DNA of 64,000 nucleotides, from the NCBI GenBank assembly GCA_965207375.1, contig OZ242274.1:704001-768000 (forward strand), in the 5' to 3' direction. The notes beneath the pieces are model-generated. The model had not been told where the DNA came from. It searched no databases and was given only the letters and a program-made list of their open reading frames with translations. The stretch comes from Nitrosopumilaceae archaeon. GTDB taxonomy: Archaea; Thermoproteota; Nitrososphaeria; Nitrososphaerales; Nitrosopumilaceae. Positions 30,847-41,198 of this stretch are shown here, one piece after another. Made by a program: the position numbers and the translations under genes. Positions within the stretch are counted from its first letter, which is position 1. Every line of letters starts with the position of its first letter.

Positions 30847-32409
30847 TTAATTGTACAATTCAATTAGTCCTCTGTCAATTTTATAGATTTTGACATTTAA
30901 TTTGACAAAGCCGTTTTCTGTAGAATCAAACACCTTTTCTAAATATGTAAAGTTGGACTCATTTTGAAAAATTTCCTCAAAAACTAGATACCTATTGTCT
31001 TTGATGTCATCAACTATTAAGAAATCAATGTTTCTGTTTGTGATATATTGTATTAATTTTTCCTCAGAATCCAATGGAAATTCTGAAACTACCAATCCAA
31101 TTTTTTCATTTGAGACATTATCAGCCTCATCTTCAATGCCAATTACCGGTGGCACAACATGAAATGATAAAATTCCGTATTGATCTCCCATAAACCTTCC
31201 TTCAAAATTATTTATGACAAATTGTGCAAATTTAGATTTCTCATCTAGTTCCTCTGCATCTTCTATCTGATATATGAGAAATCCCATAGATAAAATCATA
31301 AATGAAATTAATGTGATAGTTATAATGATTTTTTTGTGATTTTTGTTTTGAAAAATCATCTTCATTCCTATTGTTGACGTAATGGCAAATAATGGTACAA
31401 GTAAAATGAGATTTCGAAAATCTGCAGAGACAGTATAAGCTAGCAGGTTAACTATCCAGGTAATTGATATTGAAATAAAAATTATCTTGTTTGAAATTCC
31501 AAAATTTTTAAACAAAGCAAAAAATCCTACAATTCCAAAAATGGCCAAAATCGGCAGCAAAATCCTACCGGTGTGAAGAATCTCCCTAAATAATGCAGTC
31601 TCTATTTTGCTACTATCTCCTGTACCGTCAAAGGTTGCAGTAGTTTCATTTTCAGAATTTAAAAGATTAATAACGCTTAGAACATGCCTAATGAAAGGTG
31701 CTTCTTCATCTTCAAAGGATAGAATTAGTTCAGGAAATGAAACAGCAAGAAAAATTAAGGTTCCAATTATCAAAATTAAAATCATGTTTGTTTTTCTTTG
31801 GATTTTTATTGAATATGCAACAAACACTATGAGAAAAATGATAGAGCCTCGCCAATCAGTAAGAAACGAAAGTCCTGCAAAAACAAATGTTAACCAAAAC
31901 AGCTTGTCGTTTTTTTGAACCAAAAAGAATATCGAGCTCAATCCTATCATTAAAAACAATGGCTCCCTTATTCCATATGATGAATTTGCAATAATGTTGG
32001 ACTCCATCATAAAGATTGCAGCAGCAACCAAACTCCAACCTCTACTGTTGACAAGTTTAAGAGTCACCAGATATACTATTGGTATTGTCAAAGATGAAAT
32101 TATGATCGAGTTGATTCGAATCAGGTTGACATATCCCAAATTATCCTCAAAGCTTACAGGCAAGAATGCTATCGAGTTGATAAACGGCCACAGCATTCTG
32201 TTCTGAATCGCAGCATCTCCATGCGAGTATGAGAGGGCCTCTGAAAGATACACTAGCGTGTCTGGTGTTATGGGAAAATGATTCCAATCAGTAAAAACAA
32301 TTCGAAGAATGATTCCTGTTGCAATCAGTGATAAAAGAATTGATTTTTTATGATTGATGACTGTTCCTGCACGTTTTTCTATTTCATCTAGTGATAATAT
32401 CTTGTTCAT
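30847..32409 (-). CDS. GT-C (PMT/GT39-like) integral membrane glycosyltransferase
   Basis: About 11-13 hydrophobic segments, D..Y in the first loop, IREPLF, R..ILL.P before a C-terminal extracellular domain. Confidence 0.7.
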   Translation of the reverse strand: MNKILSLDEIEKRAGTVINHKKSILLSLIATGIILRIVFTDWNHFPITPDTLVYLSEALSYSHGDAAIQNRMLWPFINSIAFLPVSFEDNLGYVNLIRINSIIISSLTIPIVYLVTLKLVNSRGWSLVAAAIFMMESNIIANSSYGIREPLFLMIGLSSIFFLVQKNDKLFWLTFVFAGLSFLTDWRGSIIFLIVFVAYSIKIQRKTNMILILIIGTLIFLAVSFPELILSFEDEEAPFIRHVLSVINLLNSENETTATFDGTGDSSKIETALFREILHTGRILLPILAIFGIVGFFALFKNFGISNKIIFISISITWIVNLLAYTVSADFRNLILLVPLFAITSTIGMKMIFQNKNHKKIIITITLISFMILSMGFLIYQIEDAEELDEKSKFAQFVINNFEGRFMGDQYGILSFHVVPPVIGIEDEADNVSNEKIGLVVSEFPLDSEEKLIQYITNRNIDFLIVDDIKDNRYLVFEEIFQNESNFTYLEKVFDSTENGFVKLNVKIYKIDRGLIELYN

Positions 32410-33557
32410 TTTTTATACCGTTTGTTTACAATCACATAAAAAATTGCTTGACTTATATCAGCTATCAACAGGGCAAATACAACACCCATTATACTAAACA
32501 GCTCACCTAACAAGTAAATCATTGGAATTTGAATGCCAAGAAACATCGCCGAGCCTATAATGACTAGTTTGCTTTTCTCCATTCCTAAAAATCTCGACAT
32601 GTACATAATTGAGATGGTTCTTGGGATGATTACAATACTCATGATTTGCACAACAATTACGGCTTCTGTAAATTCTGGAAAAATTAGTGGTATGATAATT
32701 GGTGCACTAGTTACACCTGCAAATGCGAGTCCCACTGAGATTAACACGGCCATTTTTTTTAATCTTGGCCGCTCCTGGCCTGATGCATCCTGTGGAAGCG
32801 TATATTGCATTATGATGCTTGGTAAAATGGTCAACAATGAGAGCACTTGAATTCCCAAATGATAGTTGCCAAGCAATGTAAAGCCCAACAATGGGGCAAT
32901 GATTATCTTATCTATTTGACCGCTAAATGTTCTAGCCAAACTTTCAATGTACGTATTTATTGTAAATCCGATCCTATTTTTAAAATCGCTAAAATCTATT
33001 TTTGATTTTCTTAATGACGAGATTATCTGAAAAATAAATATCATCATCGATAAGCCAAATCCAAAAATTACTCCAGAAGGACCCATGACATGATATAATG
33101 CAATAGTGAAGATAACCAAGCACACTTTTTGAGCTAGAAAAATCATCGAATATCTTTTGTACATTTTTCTTCCCAGCAAATCTGCAATTGCCAGGTTGAA
33201 AATCACATATCCTATTGCATATATTCCAAGGGATGGTTCCTCAAATAGCAGGTATAGTGTTATTGATACAACGATACTTGAACCAATTGAGATCAATGAT
33301 GCAGGCCATAGTAGATTTTGGTTTTTTGCAGTGTAAACTATTAGAGTATACCCGGATCCAAAAAGACAAAATACCGATGCTATTCCTGCAATGGCTATAA
33401 GATAGTTTATCTCTCCGTATTTTTCTGGACCCATTATTGATGCCAGATAAAACCAAAAGACTGCTGAAATTGCACTGCCTCCGGCATTTGCAATGCCAAG
33501 AGATGACAAATCCATTAATCCTTTAATATTCTTGATTCGACTCCATCCCAAATCCAT
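32406..33557 (-). CDS. Oligosaccharide flippase (Wzx/MOP family)
   Basis: About 12 TM segments; LASIMGPEKYG, QIDKIII..LLG...LGNY. Confidence 0.88.
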   Translation of the reverse strand: MDLGWSRIKNIKGLMDLSSLGIANAGGSAISAVFWFYLASIMGPEKYGEINYLIAIAGIASVFCLFGSGYTLIVYTAKNQNLLWPASLISIGSSIVVSITLYLLFEEPSLGIYAIGYVIFNLAIADLLGRKMYKRYSMIFLAQKVCLVIFTIALYHVMGPSGVIFGFGLSMMIFIFQIISSLRKSKIDFSDFKNRIGFTINTYIESLARTFSGQIDKIIIAPLLGFTLLGNYHLGIQVLSLLTILPSIIMQYTLPQDASGQERPRLKKMAVLISVGLAFAGVTSAPIIIPLIFPEFTEAVIVVQIMSIVIIPRTISIMYMSRFLGMEKSKLVIIGSAMFLGIQIPMIYLLGELFSIMGVVFALLIADISQAIFYVIVNKRYKK

Positions 33558-33574
33558 TATTCATATTTTTATAA

Positions 33575-34768
33575 TCATGCTCTATAATTACGAGTCGCAA
33601 TAATTTCCTCATAAAGTTTGGTGATTTCTTTGCCCATTTTGTCTTTGGTGTTTTCAGAAACAACTTTGTAATATCCATTCATGCCAAATTCCTTGCATTT
33701 TTCCTGATTTTCAAGTAAAAAAGCTATTTTTTCTGCCAAGTCCAGATGGTTTTCCTCCTCAAAAAGCAATCCGTTCTCATTGTTTTTTATAACATGAGGT
33801 ATTCCATGGGCATTTGTACTAATTGCAGGTTTTTTGCATGCAAATCCTTCCAATGGTGTTAATGGGGACATTTCCCATCTAGAAGGCAACACCAAAAACT
33901 GACATCCATGATAGGCAGAAATAACAATATCTCTTGGCGGATTTTCTATTACCAACACGTCTTGTTTTATATCCAATTCATTTATCATATCAAAAAATCT
34001 TTTTTTATATCCAAAATCTGATCCCATCATGACAACTGTGTAGCCTGCAAGCCTGTTTGTCTTTTTTAGCTCCCTTATTGCCTGCAATAAAATGTCTGGT
34101 CCCTTAACATGTGCAAATCTTCCCAGAAACAGCAGATATTTTGAAAGATTGTATTTATTTTTAAAATCGATCTGATTCTCTTGAATCTTTGCAACATCTA
34201 TTCCATTTTCAATCATTACTAACTTTGATGTACCACAGTACTTGGAAAAAATTTCCCGCTCATACTCGTTTGCAACAATTATCTTTGTAGCTTGTTTTAT
34301 GATCATTTTGATAAGTGGTTTTTGAAGTCGGTATAGAATTTTCTTCAAACCCGTATTGCGGGCATCAGGATGTGTATGTAATCCTCCTTGATCACTTACA
34401 ACTAATGGAATATTGCATCTTTTTGAAATTAATGCAGCTATGAAACTTTGAAATCCCCTGATTCCTATGGCATGCAGAATTTCTGGTCTGTCATTTTTTA
34501 TGATTCCGTAGAGCCCAGGATTGATAAAAAATAATTTTATCTTTGCATATACATGTGATCTTTTGATTATAATTCCTTTGTATTCTTCTACTCTGGACAG
34601 ATTTTTGTTAAAAGAATTTTTTGAATCTGCAAAATCCAAATCTGTAGTATAAAGTGTAACTTTGTGACCGATTTTTTTTAGCTCACTTGCAACATCTAAT
34701 GCCAAAAACATAATTCCTCCAAATTGTGTGGCCGGAATAGAGGCAGGACATGTGATTCCAATATTCAT
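33575..34768 (-). CDS. Glycosyltransferase family 4
   Basis: FGG, IENGID, FLGR..VKG, LPSRWE...LEGFACKKP. Confidence 0.92.
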   Translation of the reverse strand: MNIGITCPASIPATQFGGIMFLALDVASELKKIGHKVTLYTTDLDFADSKNSFNKNLSRVEEYKGIIIKRSHVYAKIKLFFINPGLYGIIKNDRPEILHAIGIRGFQSFIAALISKRCNIPLVVSDQGGLHTHPDARNTGLKKILYRLQKPLIKMIIKQATKIIVANEYEREIFSKYCGTSKLVMIENGIDVAKIQENQIDFKNKYNLSKYLLFLGRFAHVKGPDILLQAIRELKKTNRLAGYTVVMMGSDFGYKKRFFDMINELDIKQDVLVIENPPRDIVISAYHGCQFLVLPSRWEMSPLTPLEGFACKKPAISTNAHGIPHVIKNNENGLLFEEENHLDLAEKIAFLLENQEKCKEFGMNGYYKVVSENTKDKMGKEITKLYEEIIATRNYRA

Positions 34769-34809
34769 GTTAATTTGTGACAGTTGTTTCTGATATTAAT
34801 AATACCGGT

Positions 34810-35724
34810 TTATTTTATGTGTGTACCAGACCATTTGGCAATCATCTTTTCTAAAATACTTTCAATATCTTCTTTGGGATAAAATCCCAGATTCTTTTTT
34901 GCCTTTTGAATATGTAGTCTGCAATAGGTTGATTCAAATTTTCTTGCAGGTTTTTTTGAAATTTCCATCTTTTTGCCAACTTTACTTTCAATTCTTTTAA
35001 TGAGATCTGTCATTTTGATTGATTTTCCACTAGCTATATTAAAAATGCCTGAATTGCCATAGTTTACTGCACTAATTATTGAATTTATTGCATCATTATA
35101 ATGCAGCAGATCAATTTCCTGATTGCCTCCAAATAATGTAATTTGATTTTTCTGTATTGCATTTTTTATCATTACTGAAACTCCCCGTCTATCATTTTGT
35201 TCTCCAACAAAATTACTAAATCTTAAAATTATGTATTGAAGGCCAAAATGCTTGCCAAAATTTTGTATTATATTTTCTGAAAATAATTTAGTCATTCCAT
35301 TGATATTTTTTGGGTTCTGAACTGAGGACTCGGTGAATCTTTTGTTTGACTCCTCATAAACCTCCCTAGTTGAGGCAAAGATAATTTTGGGTTTTTTTCC
35401 AATACTTGCATTTAAGATATTTTGAGTTCCCAACACATTTGTCATCAGTGCATTTTTCACATTACTTTCACATTCTGCATTTCCGGTAATACCAGCTAGA
35501 TGAATAATAATATCTGGATTATGTTTTGAAACAATTCTTGAAATTTTTTGGCCATCTCGAATATCGCATTTGGTTGATTTTTTGAGTGCTTTATTGTTTG
35601 TTAAAATTATCAGGTCGTGTCCAATCTCCTTCAACTTTGGAGCAAGAATCATTCCCAATATTCCTCCACCACCAGTTATCAGTATCTTCCTTTTTTTCAA
35701 ACTCAAATCAAAAATATCATCCAA
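34810..35724 (-). CDS. NAD-dependent epimerase/dehydratase family protein
   Basis: ITGGGGILG, IHLAG, FASTREVY, ILRFSN; the catalytic Tyr appears replaced (NGMTK). Confidence 0.85.
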   Translation of the reverse strand: MDDIFDLSLKKRKILITGGGGILGMILAPKLKEIGHDLIILTNNKALKKSTKCDIRDGQKISRIVSKHNPDIIIHLAGITGNAECESNVKNALMTNVLGTQNILNASIGKKPKIIFASTREVYEESNKRFTESSVQNPKNINGMTKLFSENIIQNFGKHFGLQYIILRFSNFVGEQNDRRGVSVMIKNAIQKNQITLFGGNQEIDLLHYNDAINSIISAVNYGNSGIFNIASGKSIKMTDLIKRIESKVGKKMEISKKPARKFESTYCRLHIQKAKKNLGFYPKEDIESILEKMIAKWSGTHIK

Positions 35725-35744
35725 CTATTAAAATTGTAATTGTT

Positions 35745-36557
35745 TCATTTTTTAGCAAAGATCATGCCTAATTTTTCATCAGTTGGCAGAATTTCCAATT
35801 GAAACTTGTGTTCTATCAATTTGTTTTTTAACGATTCAAATCTTGCATCCTTACTATTCTTTAAATGATACTCCAGACACATGTTTTCAATTTTTTTTAG
35901 GATTTCATCAGAAAGGCTCTCTATTATATCATATTCGGAGCCTTCGCAATCTAATTTTAGAATCGAAATTCTCTCAATGTGGTTTTCATCAATTATGTTT
36001 TCTAAGGTAGTCGTGTCAATTTTTTCCTTTCTGCCTGATTTTTGCACAAGACTGTGTGCTGATTGATCTTCGGATAGGAAAATTTCTCCCTTTTCAACCC
36101 TATTGCTTACTGCAGAATTGCAAATTCGTACGTTTTCTAATAAATTATTTGAGATGTTTTCTTTTAACAAATTAAAGTTGTCTTTGACAGGTTCAAAACA
36201 AAAAATTTTTGTTTTCGGGCTTTTTTGAGAAATGTACATGGCATACAATCCTATGTGTGAACCAATATCTAGAACCGGTCCCTTGTCTTGTGGAATAAAC
36301 CCCCTTTGATTATATTCTTCCAACAGCCACACATTTGCAAATGCCTGGATATCCGTAGAGTTGTTTCGTATTTTTATTTTTATTCCTCTTCTAGTTTCCA
36401 AAACTGAATACATGTCATTTTTTTGGTTGCAATAAATAGAGATTAATTCTCGCCAGTTCTTGAGAATCTTTATTGATTTTAGCATTAATGAAAATTTTGA
36501 AATTTTTCTTTTTTTCACAATATTGCTTCCTGTGTTCATTATATATTGATAAATCAC
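35745..36557 (-). CDS. FkbM family methyltransferase
   Basis: VLDIGSHIG, CFEP, ILKLDCEGSE, LEYH. Confidence 0.9.
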   Translation of the reverse strand: MIYQYIMNTGSNIVKKRKISKFSLMLKSIKILKNWRELISIYCNQKNDMYSVLETRRGIKIKIRNNSTDIQAFANVWLLEEYNQRGFIPQDKGPVLDIGSHIGLYAMYISQKSPKTKIFCFEPVKDNFNLLKENISNNLLENVRICNSAVSNRVEKGEIFLSEDQSAHSLVQKSGRKEKIDTTTLENIIDENHIERISILKLDCEGSEYDIIESLSDEILKKIENMCLEYHLKNSKDARFESLKNKLIEHKFQLEILPTDEKLGMIFAKK

Positions 36558-36597
36558 AAAGCTAAACTAAATTATTGGTTACCATTCTAAATAATTT

Positions 36598-37533
36598 GTG
36601 AAAATTCTCATTACCGGTGGCTCTGGCTTTGTAGGCAGTCATTTGTCAGAATTTTTATGTACCAGTAATCAAATAATTGTTGTTTCACGTTCAAAAAATG
36701 TCAAAAATATCGGCAATTTTGAGACAAACATTACATTTGAAGAATGCAACATTGTTAATCATGATGCATTAGGAAAAATAATTGAAAAATACATGCCTGA
36801 TGTAATAGTTCATTTGGCAGGTGAAACATCTCATTCCAAGTCATTTGAGAATCCATTATATGATCTAGATGTAAACACAAAATCTACATTATTTATTCTA
36901 GAGAAAATTAAGACATTGAATTTAAAATGCAGATTTGTACTGGGAAGTACGTTTATTGTAATTGGCAGACCTGAATATCTCCCCGTAGATGAAAAATCCC
37001 CCTGTCATCCTACTACAATTTATGGTTCCCATAGATTGACAAGCGAGCATTACTGTCAAATTTATAGCAACGTGTATGGATTAGACACAGTTATTTTCAG
37101 AATAACAAATTCTTTTGGACCAAGGGAAAAAACTGATCCTAAAAAAAATGCAGTCAATTATCTGATTCATGAATCTTTTCTGGGAAACGAAATCTCAATT
37201 TTTAATCACGGAGAATATTTTCGTGATCTTATTTTTATTGAAGATGTAATTTCTGCAATACAGACATTGATTCAAAAAGGTAAATCTGGAGAGATCTATT
37301 GGATCTCATCTTTTGAAAAGACTTGGTTTAAAGATTTTGGAAAAATACTTGAATCTCTTTCTGGAACACATGTAAAATATGTAGAATCTCCTACATATAC
37401 AAAAAAAGTTGATGTTGGAAATTTTGTTGTAGACAACTCCAAATTACAATCACTTGGGTGGAAAAGAAGATTCTCCTTGGAGGAGGGAATTAAAAAGACT
37501 CTAGATTATTTTCGATTAAATGATGCGCCTTGA
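36598..37533 (+). CDS. NAD-dependent epimerase/dehydratase family protein
   Basis: ITGGSGFVG, VHLAG, YGSHR (YxxxR in place of YxxxK), RITNSFGP, RDLIFIED. Confidence 0.85.
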   Translation: MKILITGGSGFVGSHLSEFLCTSNQIIVVSRSKNVKNIGNFETNITFEECNIVNHDALGKIIEKYMPDVIVHLAGETSHSKSFENPLYDLDVNTKSTLFILEKIKTLNLKCRFVLGSTFIVIGRPEYLPVDEKSPCHPTTIYGSHRLTSEHYCQIYSNVYGLDTVIFRITNSFGPREKTDPKKNAVNYLIHESFLGNEISIFNHGEYFRDLIFIEDVISAIQTLIQKGKSGEIYWISSFEKTWFKDFGKILESLSGTHVKYVESPTYTKKVDVGNFVVDNSKLQSLGWKRRFSLEEGIKKTLDYFRLNDAP

Positions 37534-38562
37534 TGCCCTACTTAATACAGATAGTATCTTGTTAAAAGCTCCACTGATATCATCTGATGAGACCTGTCTT
37601 GGAACTTCTATTATATTCACAAACTTTTTCAAAACATCCTTGTCTGATAGTTTTCTAGTCATTTGAATTTGTTCATATCTTTGATTGATTCTTTTTCTAT
37701 TTTTTATGATTGATGTATAGCAGCTAGCCTTTTCTCTAGCCATTCCCTTGGACAAGTAAAACAAAAAGATCAAAATTTCAATTAAGATTAATGATGGCAT
37801 CATCTTGTAGAGTGTTTTTCGTGAAAAATGAATCAATAAACAATACCATCTATTTCTTTCAAGAAGAAAGAATTTTCTTTTGCCCCATCCAAAACTCAAG
37901 CTTTCTGCGTGATAAACGATTGACGAGGGAACATAAAATGATTTTATTCCCATGTTTAATGCCCTCCATCCCAGTTCTAGATCATCATGATAGGCAAACA
38001 AAAATTCATCAAAATGTCCAATTTTCTCTAACACCTTCCTACTAGTAAACAGACAGGCTCCTGATGCATATCCTATCTCTTGTTCCAAATTGAATTTGGT
38101 AGCATCCAAATGTCCTTTGCCTGATGAGAATCCAAATCCAAAAGTTTGAATCCAATTCCCACCGCTGTTGATCTTGTTTTTATCTTTGTAAGAAAGGAGC
38201 TTGGGCTGATATAGGCCTTCTCCGTGTCTTTTGTAAGATTCCATCATATTTTCTATCCATTCTTGTGTGACTACCGTATCCGGATTCAAAATTATTATGA
38301 TCTCTCCCCTGCATTGCTTTATTCCAACATTATTGCCTCCGCAATATCCCAAATTTTCTTTATTCTCTACTAGTTTGATTTGGGGGAACTTTTCTTTTAC
38401 AATTTTATGGCTGTTGTCTTTTGATACATTATCTACTAGTATTATCTCCACGTTCTCATAACTTGATTTAGTTATTGATTCGATACAGTCAGATAAAATT
38501 TGTCCTGCATTATAGTTTAGGATTATTATGCTAACTAGTGGATCGGACGAATTTTCAACCAA
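37516..38562 (-). CDS. GT2 glycosyltransferase (rhamnosyltransferase-like)
   Basis: VSIIILNYN, VDN.S.D, NLGYCGGNN.G, LNPDT, SGACL, FDE..F.Y.DD. Confidence 0.92.
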   Translation of the reverse strand: MVENSSDPLVSIIILNYNAGQILSDCIESITKSSYENVEIILVDNVSKDNSHKIVKEKFPQIKLVENKENLGYCGGNNVGIKQCRGEIIIILNPDTVVTQEWIENMMESYKRHGEGLYQPKLLSYKDKNKINSGGNWIQTFGFGFSSGKGHLDATKFNLEQEIGYASGACLFTSRKVLEKIGHFDEFLFAYHDDLELGWRALNMGIKSFYVPSSIVYHAESLSFGWGKRKFFLLERNRWYCLLIHFSRKTLYKMMPSLILIEILIFLFYLSKGMAREKASCYTSIIKNRKRINQRYEQIQMTRKLSDKDVLKKFVNIIEVPRQVSSDDISGAFNKILSVLSRASRRII

Positions 38563-38581
38563 TAGAATTCATAAAGTGCAT

Positions 38582-39649
38582 CTATACAAAAAGTTTAGAA
38601 CCTTCTCCCAAAAGAAATATCTTTTCTTGTAGGGTTTTGTCCTGAATTATCTTGGAATTGTATGCTATTATGCTGTCTTTGATACTAATGTCTGAATTTA
38701 TTTCACAGTCAGACATGATTATAGAGTTTTCAATCTTGCTTTTTTTGATGTGCACATTATCCCCTATGCTTAAACTAGGTCCAATCACTGCATTGTCTTC
38801 TATGATGCAATTGTCACCTATTATTACAGGGCCGATAAGTTTTGCATTGGCTTTTATCTGAGAGTTTTTGCCTACCATTACTTTTCCCTCAACAGTTACT
38901 CCTGACTCTTTTGTACCAAGGAAATATTCCTCTAAATCTTTTAAAATTATACGGTTTGCATGAAGGATGTCATTTGGAGTTCCCGTATCTTTCCAGTAAT
39001 TTTTTACAGAGTGATATCTGATTAAATTTCCTTCCTGGAGCAGATTCTGTAACGTATCTGTAATCTCTAATTCATTTCTCCATGATGGCTTTGTTTTATC
39101 AATGATTTCAAAAATTTTTGGTGTCAAAAAGTATATTCCGGTAACTGCTAGATTAGTTGGAGGATTTTTTGGTTTTTCCATGATTTTTTTGATACTACCG
39201 TCTGTATTCAAATCTGCAATTCCGAATTGGGTTGGGTTATCGACCTCGCATAATAACAAAACCGCATCAGCTGTAGATTCTTTGAAATCTTTTACATAGT
39301 CTCCGATGTCTTTTTTTAAAATATTGTCTCCTAAAAACACGACAAATTTTTCATTGCCAACAAAGTTTTTGCATAATCTTACTGCATGTGCAATTCCCTT
39401 TGGTTCTGTTTGTAGAATATATGTGATCTTGACTCCAAAATCGACACCATTCTTGTAATAGTCTTTTACTTTTTGGAATCCATTTCCTCCAATTATGATT
39501 GCAATTTCAGTAATTCCTCCATCACGTAATGCCTCCACACAATACTGCGACATTGGCTTGTTTGCAATTGGAAGCAGTTGTTTTGGTCCGGTATGTGTCA
39601 ATGGTCGTAATCGCGTACCATGGCCACCGTGCAGGATAATTCCTTTCAT
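38582..39649 (-). CDS. rfbA: Glucose-1-phosphate thymidylyltransferase (long form)
   Basis: GGHGTRLRPLT...PKQL, LGDN, EKP, ELEITD, WKDTG, C-terminal hexapeptide repeats. Confidence 0.93.
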   Translation of the reverse strand: MKGIILHGGHGTRLRPLTHTGPKQLLPIANKPMSQYCVEALRDGGITEIAIIIGGNGFQKVKDYYKNGVDFGVKITYILQTEPKGIAHAVRLCKNFVGNEKFVVFLGDNILKKDIGDYVKDFKESTADAVLLLCEVDNPTQFGIADLNTDGSIKKIMEKPKNPPTNLAVTGIYFLTPKIFEIIDKTKPSWRNELEITDTLQNLLQEGNLIRYHSVKNYWKDTGTPNDILHANRIILKDLEEYFLGTKESGVTVEGKVMVGKNSQIKANAKLIGPVIIGDNCIIEDNAVIGPSLSIGDNVHIKKSKIENSIIMSDCEINSDISIKDSIIAYNSKIIQDKTLQEKIFLLGEGSKLFV

Positions 39650-39679
39650 GACAGTCCTGTTTCCACAAAATTGTTGATA

Positions 39680-40651
39680 TTAATGCTCCCATGGATTTTT
39701 TTGAATATGGACACTTTCATACCATTCTTTGTTTTCCTGATACCATTTTATGGTATTTTGTAGTCCTGACTCAAAATCTATTTTAGTTCTCCAACCGAGC
39801 CTTTTAATTTTTGATGAATCCAAACTGTATCTGAAATCATGTCCTGGCCTGTCCTCTACAAACTCCATCAGATCTTTGGATTTTCCTAGATATTCTAAAA
39901 TTTTCTCTATAATAACAAGATTATCAATTTCATTATCTGCTGAAATGTTGTAAGACTCTCCATCTTTGCCATCAGATATTACTTTTTGAATTCCCAAACA
40001 ATGATCATCAACATGTATCCAATCACGAATGTTTTTGCCTGTACCATAAACTGGTATCTTTTCATCATTGATTGCCCTAATTATGACCTTGGGAATCAAT
40101 TTTTCGGGAAACTGTCTGGGTCCATAATTGTTTGTACATCTTGTAATTTTTGCATTGATTTCATAGGTAGTCACATATGAATTGATCAATAATTCTGCAG
40201 ATGCTTTTGATGATGAATAAGGGCTGGAAGGGTTTAATTTGAAATTTTCATCTGCAGATTCAGTTTTCAAACTTCCAAATACTTCATCTGTAGAAATATG
40301 CACCAGTTTTTTACTGTGTTTTCGTATTGCCTCTAGTATAGTAAATACACCAATTATGTTTGAATCTACAAAGGGTCTTGCATTTGAAATACTTCTGTCC
40401 ACATGTGACTCGGCTGCAAAATTTACCACCATATCTGATTTTGAAATTAGCGATGACACTAAATTCGAATCTGTAATGTCGCCTTTCACATACAAATAGT
40501 TTTTTAAATTCTCTACTGTTTTTAGATTTTCAATGTTTGATCCTTCTTTTTGTGCATCTAGATTTGTTATTTGTAATTCTGGATTATTTATCATCTTTAA
40601 AATGAAATTACTTCCAATAAACCCTAAACCTCCGGTAACAAGAATTCTCAT
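39680..40651 (-). CDS. rfbB: dTDP-glucose 4,6-dehydratase
   Basis: FAAESHVDRSI, HISTDEVFG, PYSSSK, NNYGPRQFPEKLIP, DRPGHD.RY. Confidence 0.96.
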   Translation of the reverse strand: MRILVTGGLGFIGSNFILKMINNPELQITNLDAQKEGSNIENLKTVENLKNYLYVKGDITDSNLVSSLISKSDMVVNFAAESHVDRSISNARPFVDSNIIGVFTILEAIRKHSKKLVHISTDEVFGSLKTESADENFKLNPSSPYSSSKASAELLINSYVTTYEINAKITRCTNNYGPRQFPEKLIPKVIIRAINDEKIPVYGTGKNIRDWIHVDDHCLGIQKVISDGKDGESYNISADNEIDNLVIIEKILEYLGKSKDLMEFVEDRPGHDFRYSLDSSKIKRLGWRTKIDFESGLQNTIKWYQENKEWYESVHIQKNPWEH

Positions 40652-40733
40652 GTCTTATCTCATAGAAAAATTCTTTGCCTAGTAATATTACTTCTCTTTA
40701 CACTTATTTGTAACCTAGAAAAAAAATAGCCTG

Positions 40734-41198
40734 ATGGGAGATTTTCCGAAAAAAATTCAACTAGAAACACATGATACCTGCGATATTAAAGATGGTCATG
40801 CCAATGGTTCCCTTTCTGTAGTTTATCGTGATTGGGATAACATTATTGATTTTACTCCAAAAATGCTCTATGTGACATCAATCAACAAAGGAGAAATCAA
40901 GGGCCCACACATTCATTTAAGGCGTAACAGCTATTTTGTATGTATTAAGGGAGAGGTTGTTTTTATAATCAAAGACAATTACAGGTATTTGGAATTTAGA
41001 TCCAAAGAAACAAGCCCTGCAATGATATATGTTCCAAAAAATTTTGCTTCAGCACACATTAATCTAGACAATCATACCTCATCGGTATTGGCTATTGGAG
41101 ATATTGCATGGAGGCCAAATGATAACGAAATGGAGAATGTGTCTTTTGATGATTATGATTGGAATAAATGGGATACTGATGTTCAAAGAATAAAATGA
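40734..41198 (+). CDS. RmlC-like cupin (dTDP-4-dehydrorhamnose 3,5-epimerase/isomerase family)
   Basis: IKGPHIH, YF.C.KG, IYVP..FA.AH.N; divergent from rfbB. Confidence 0.75.
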   Translation: MGDFPKKIQLETHDTCDIKDGHANGSLSVVYRDWDNIIDFTPKMLYVTSINKGEIKGPHIHLRRNSYFVCIKGEVVFIIKDNYRYLEFRSKETSPAMIYVPKNFASAHINLDNHTSSVLAIGDIAWRPNDNEMENVSFDDYDWNKWDTDVQRIK

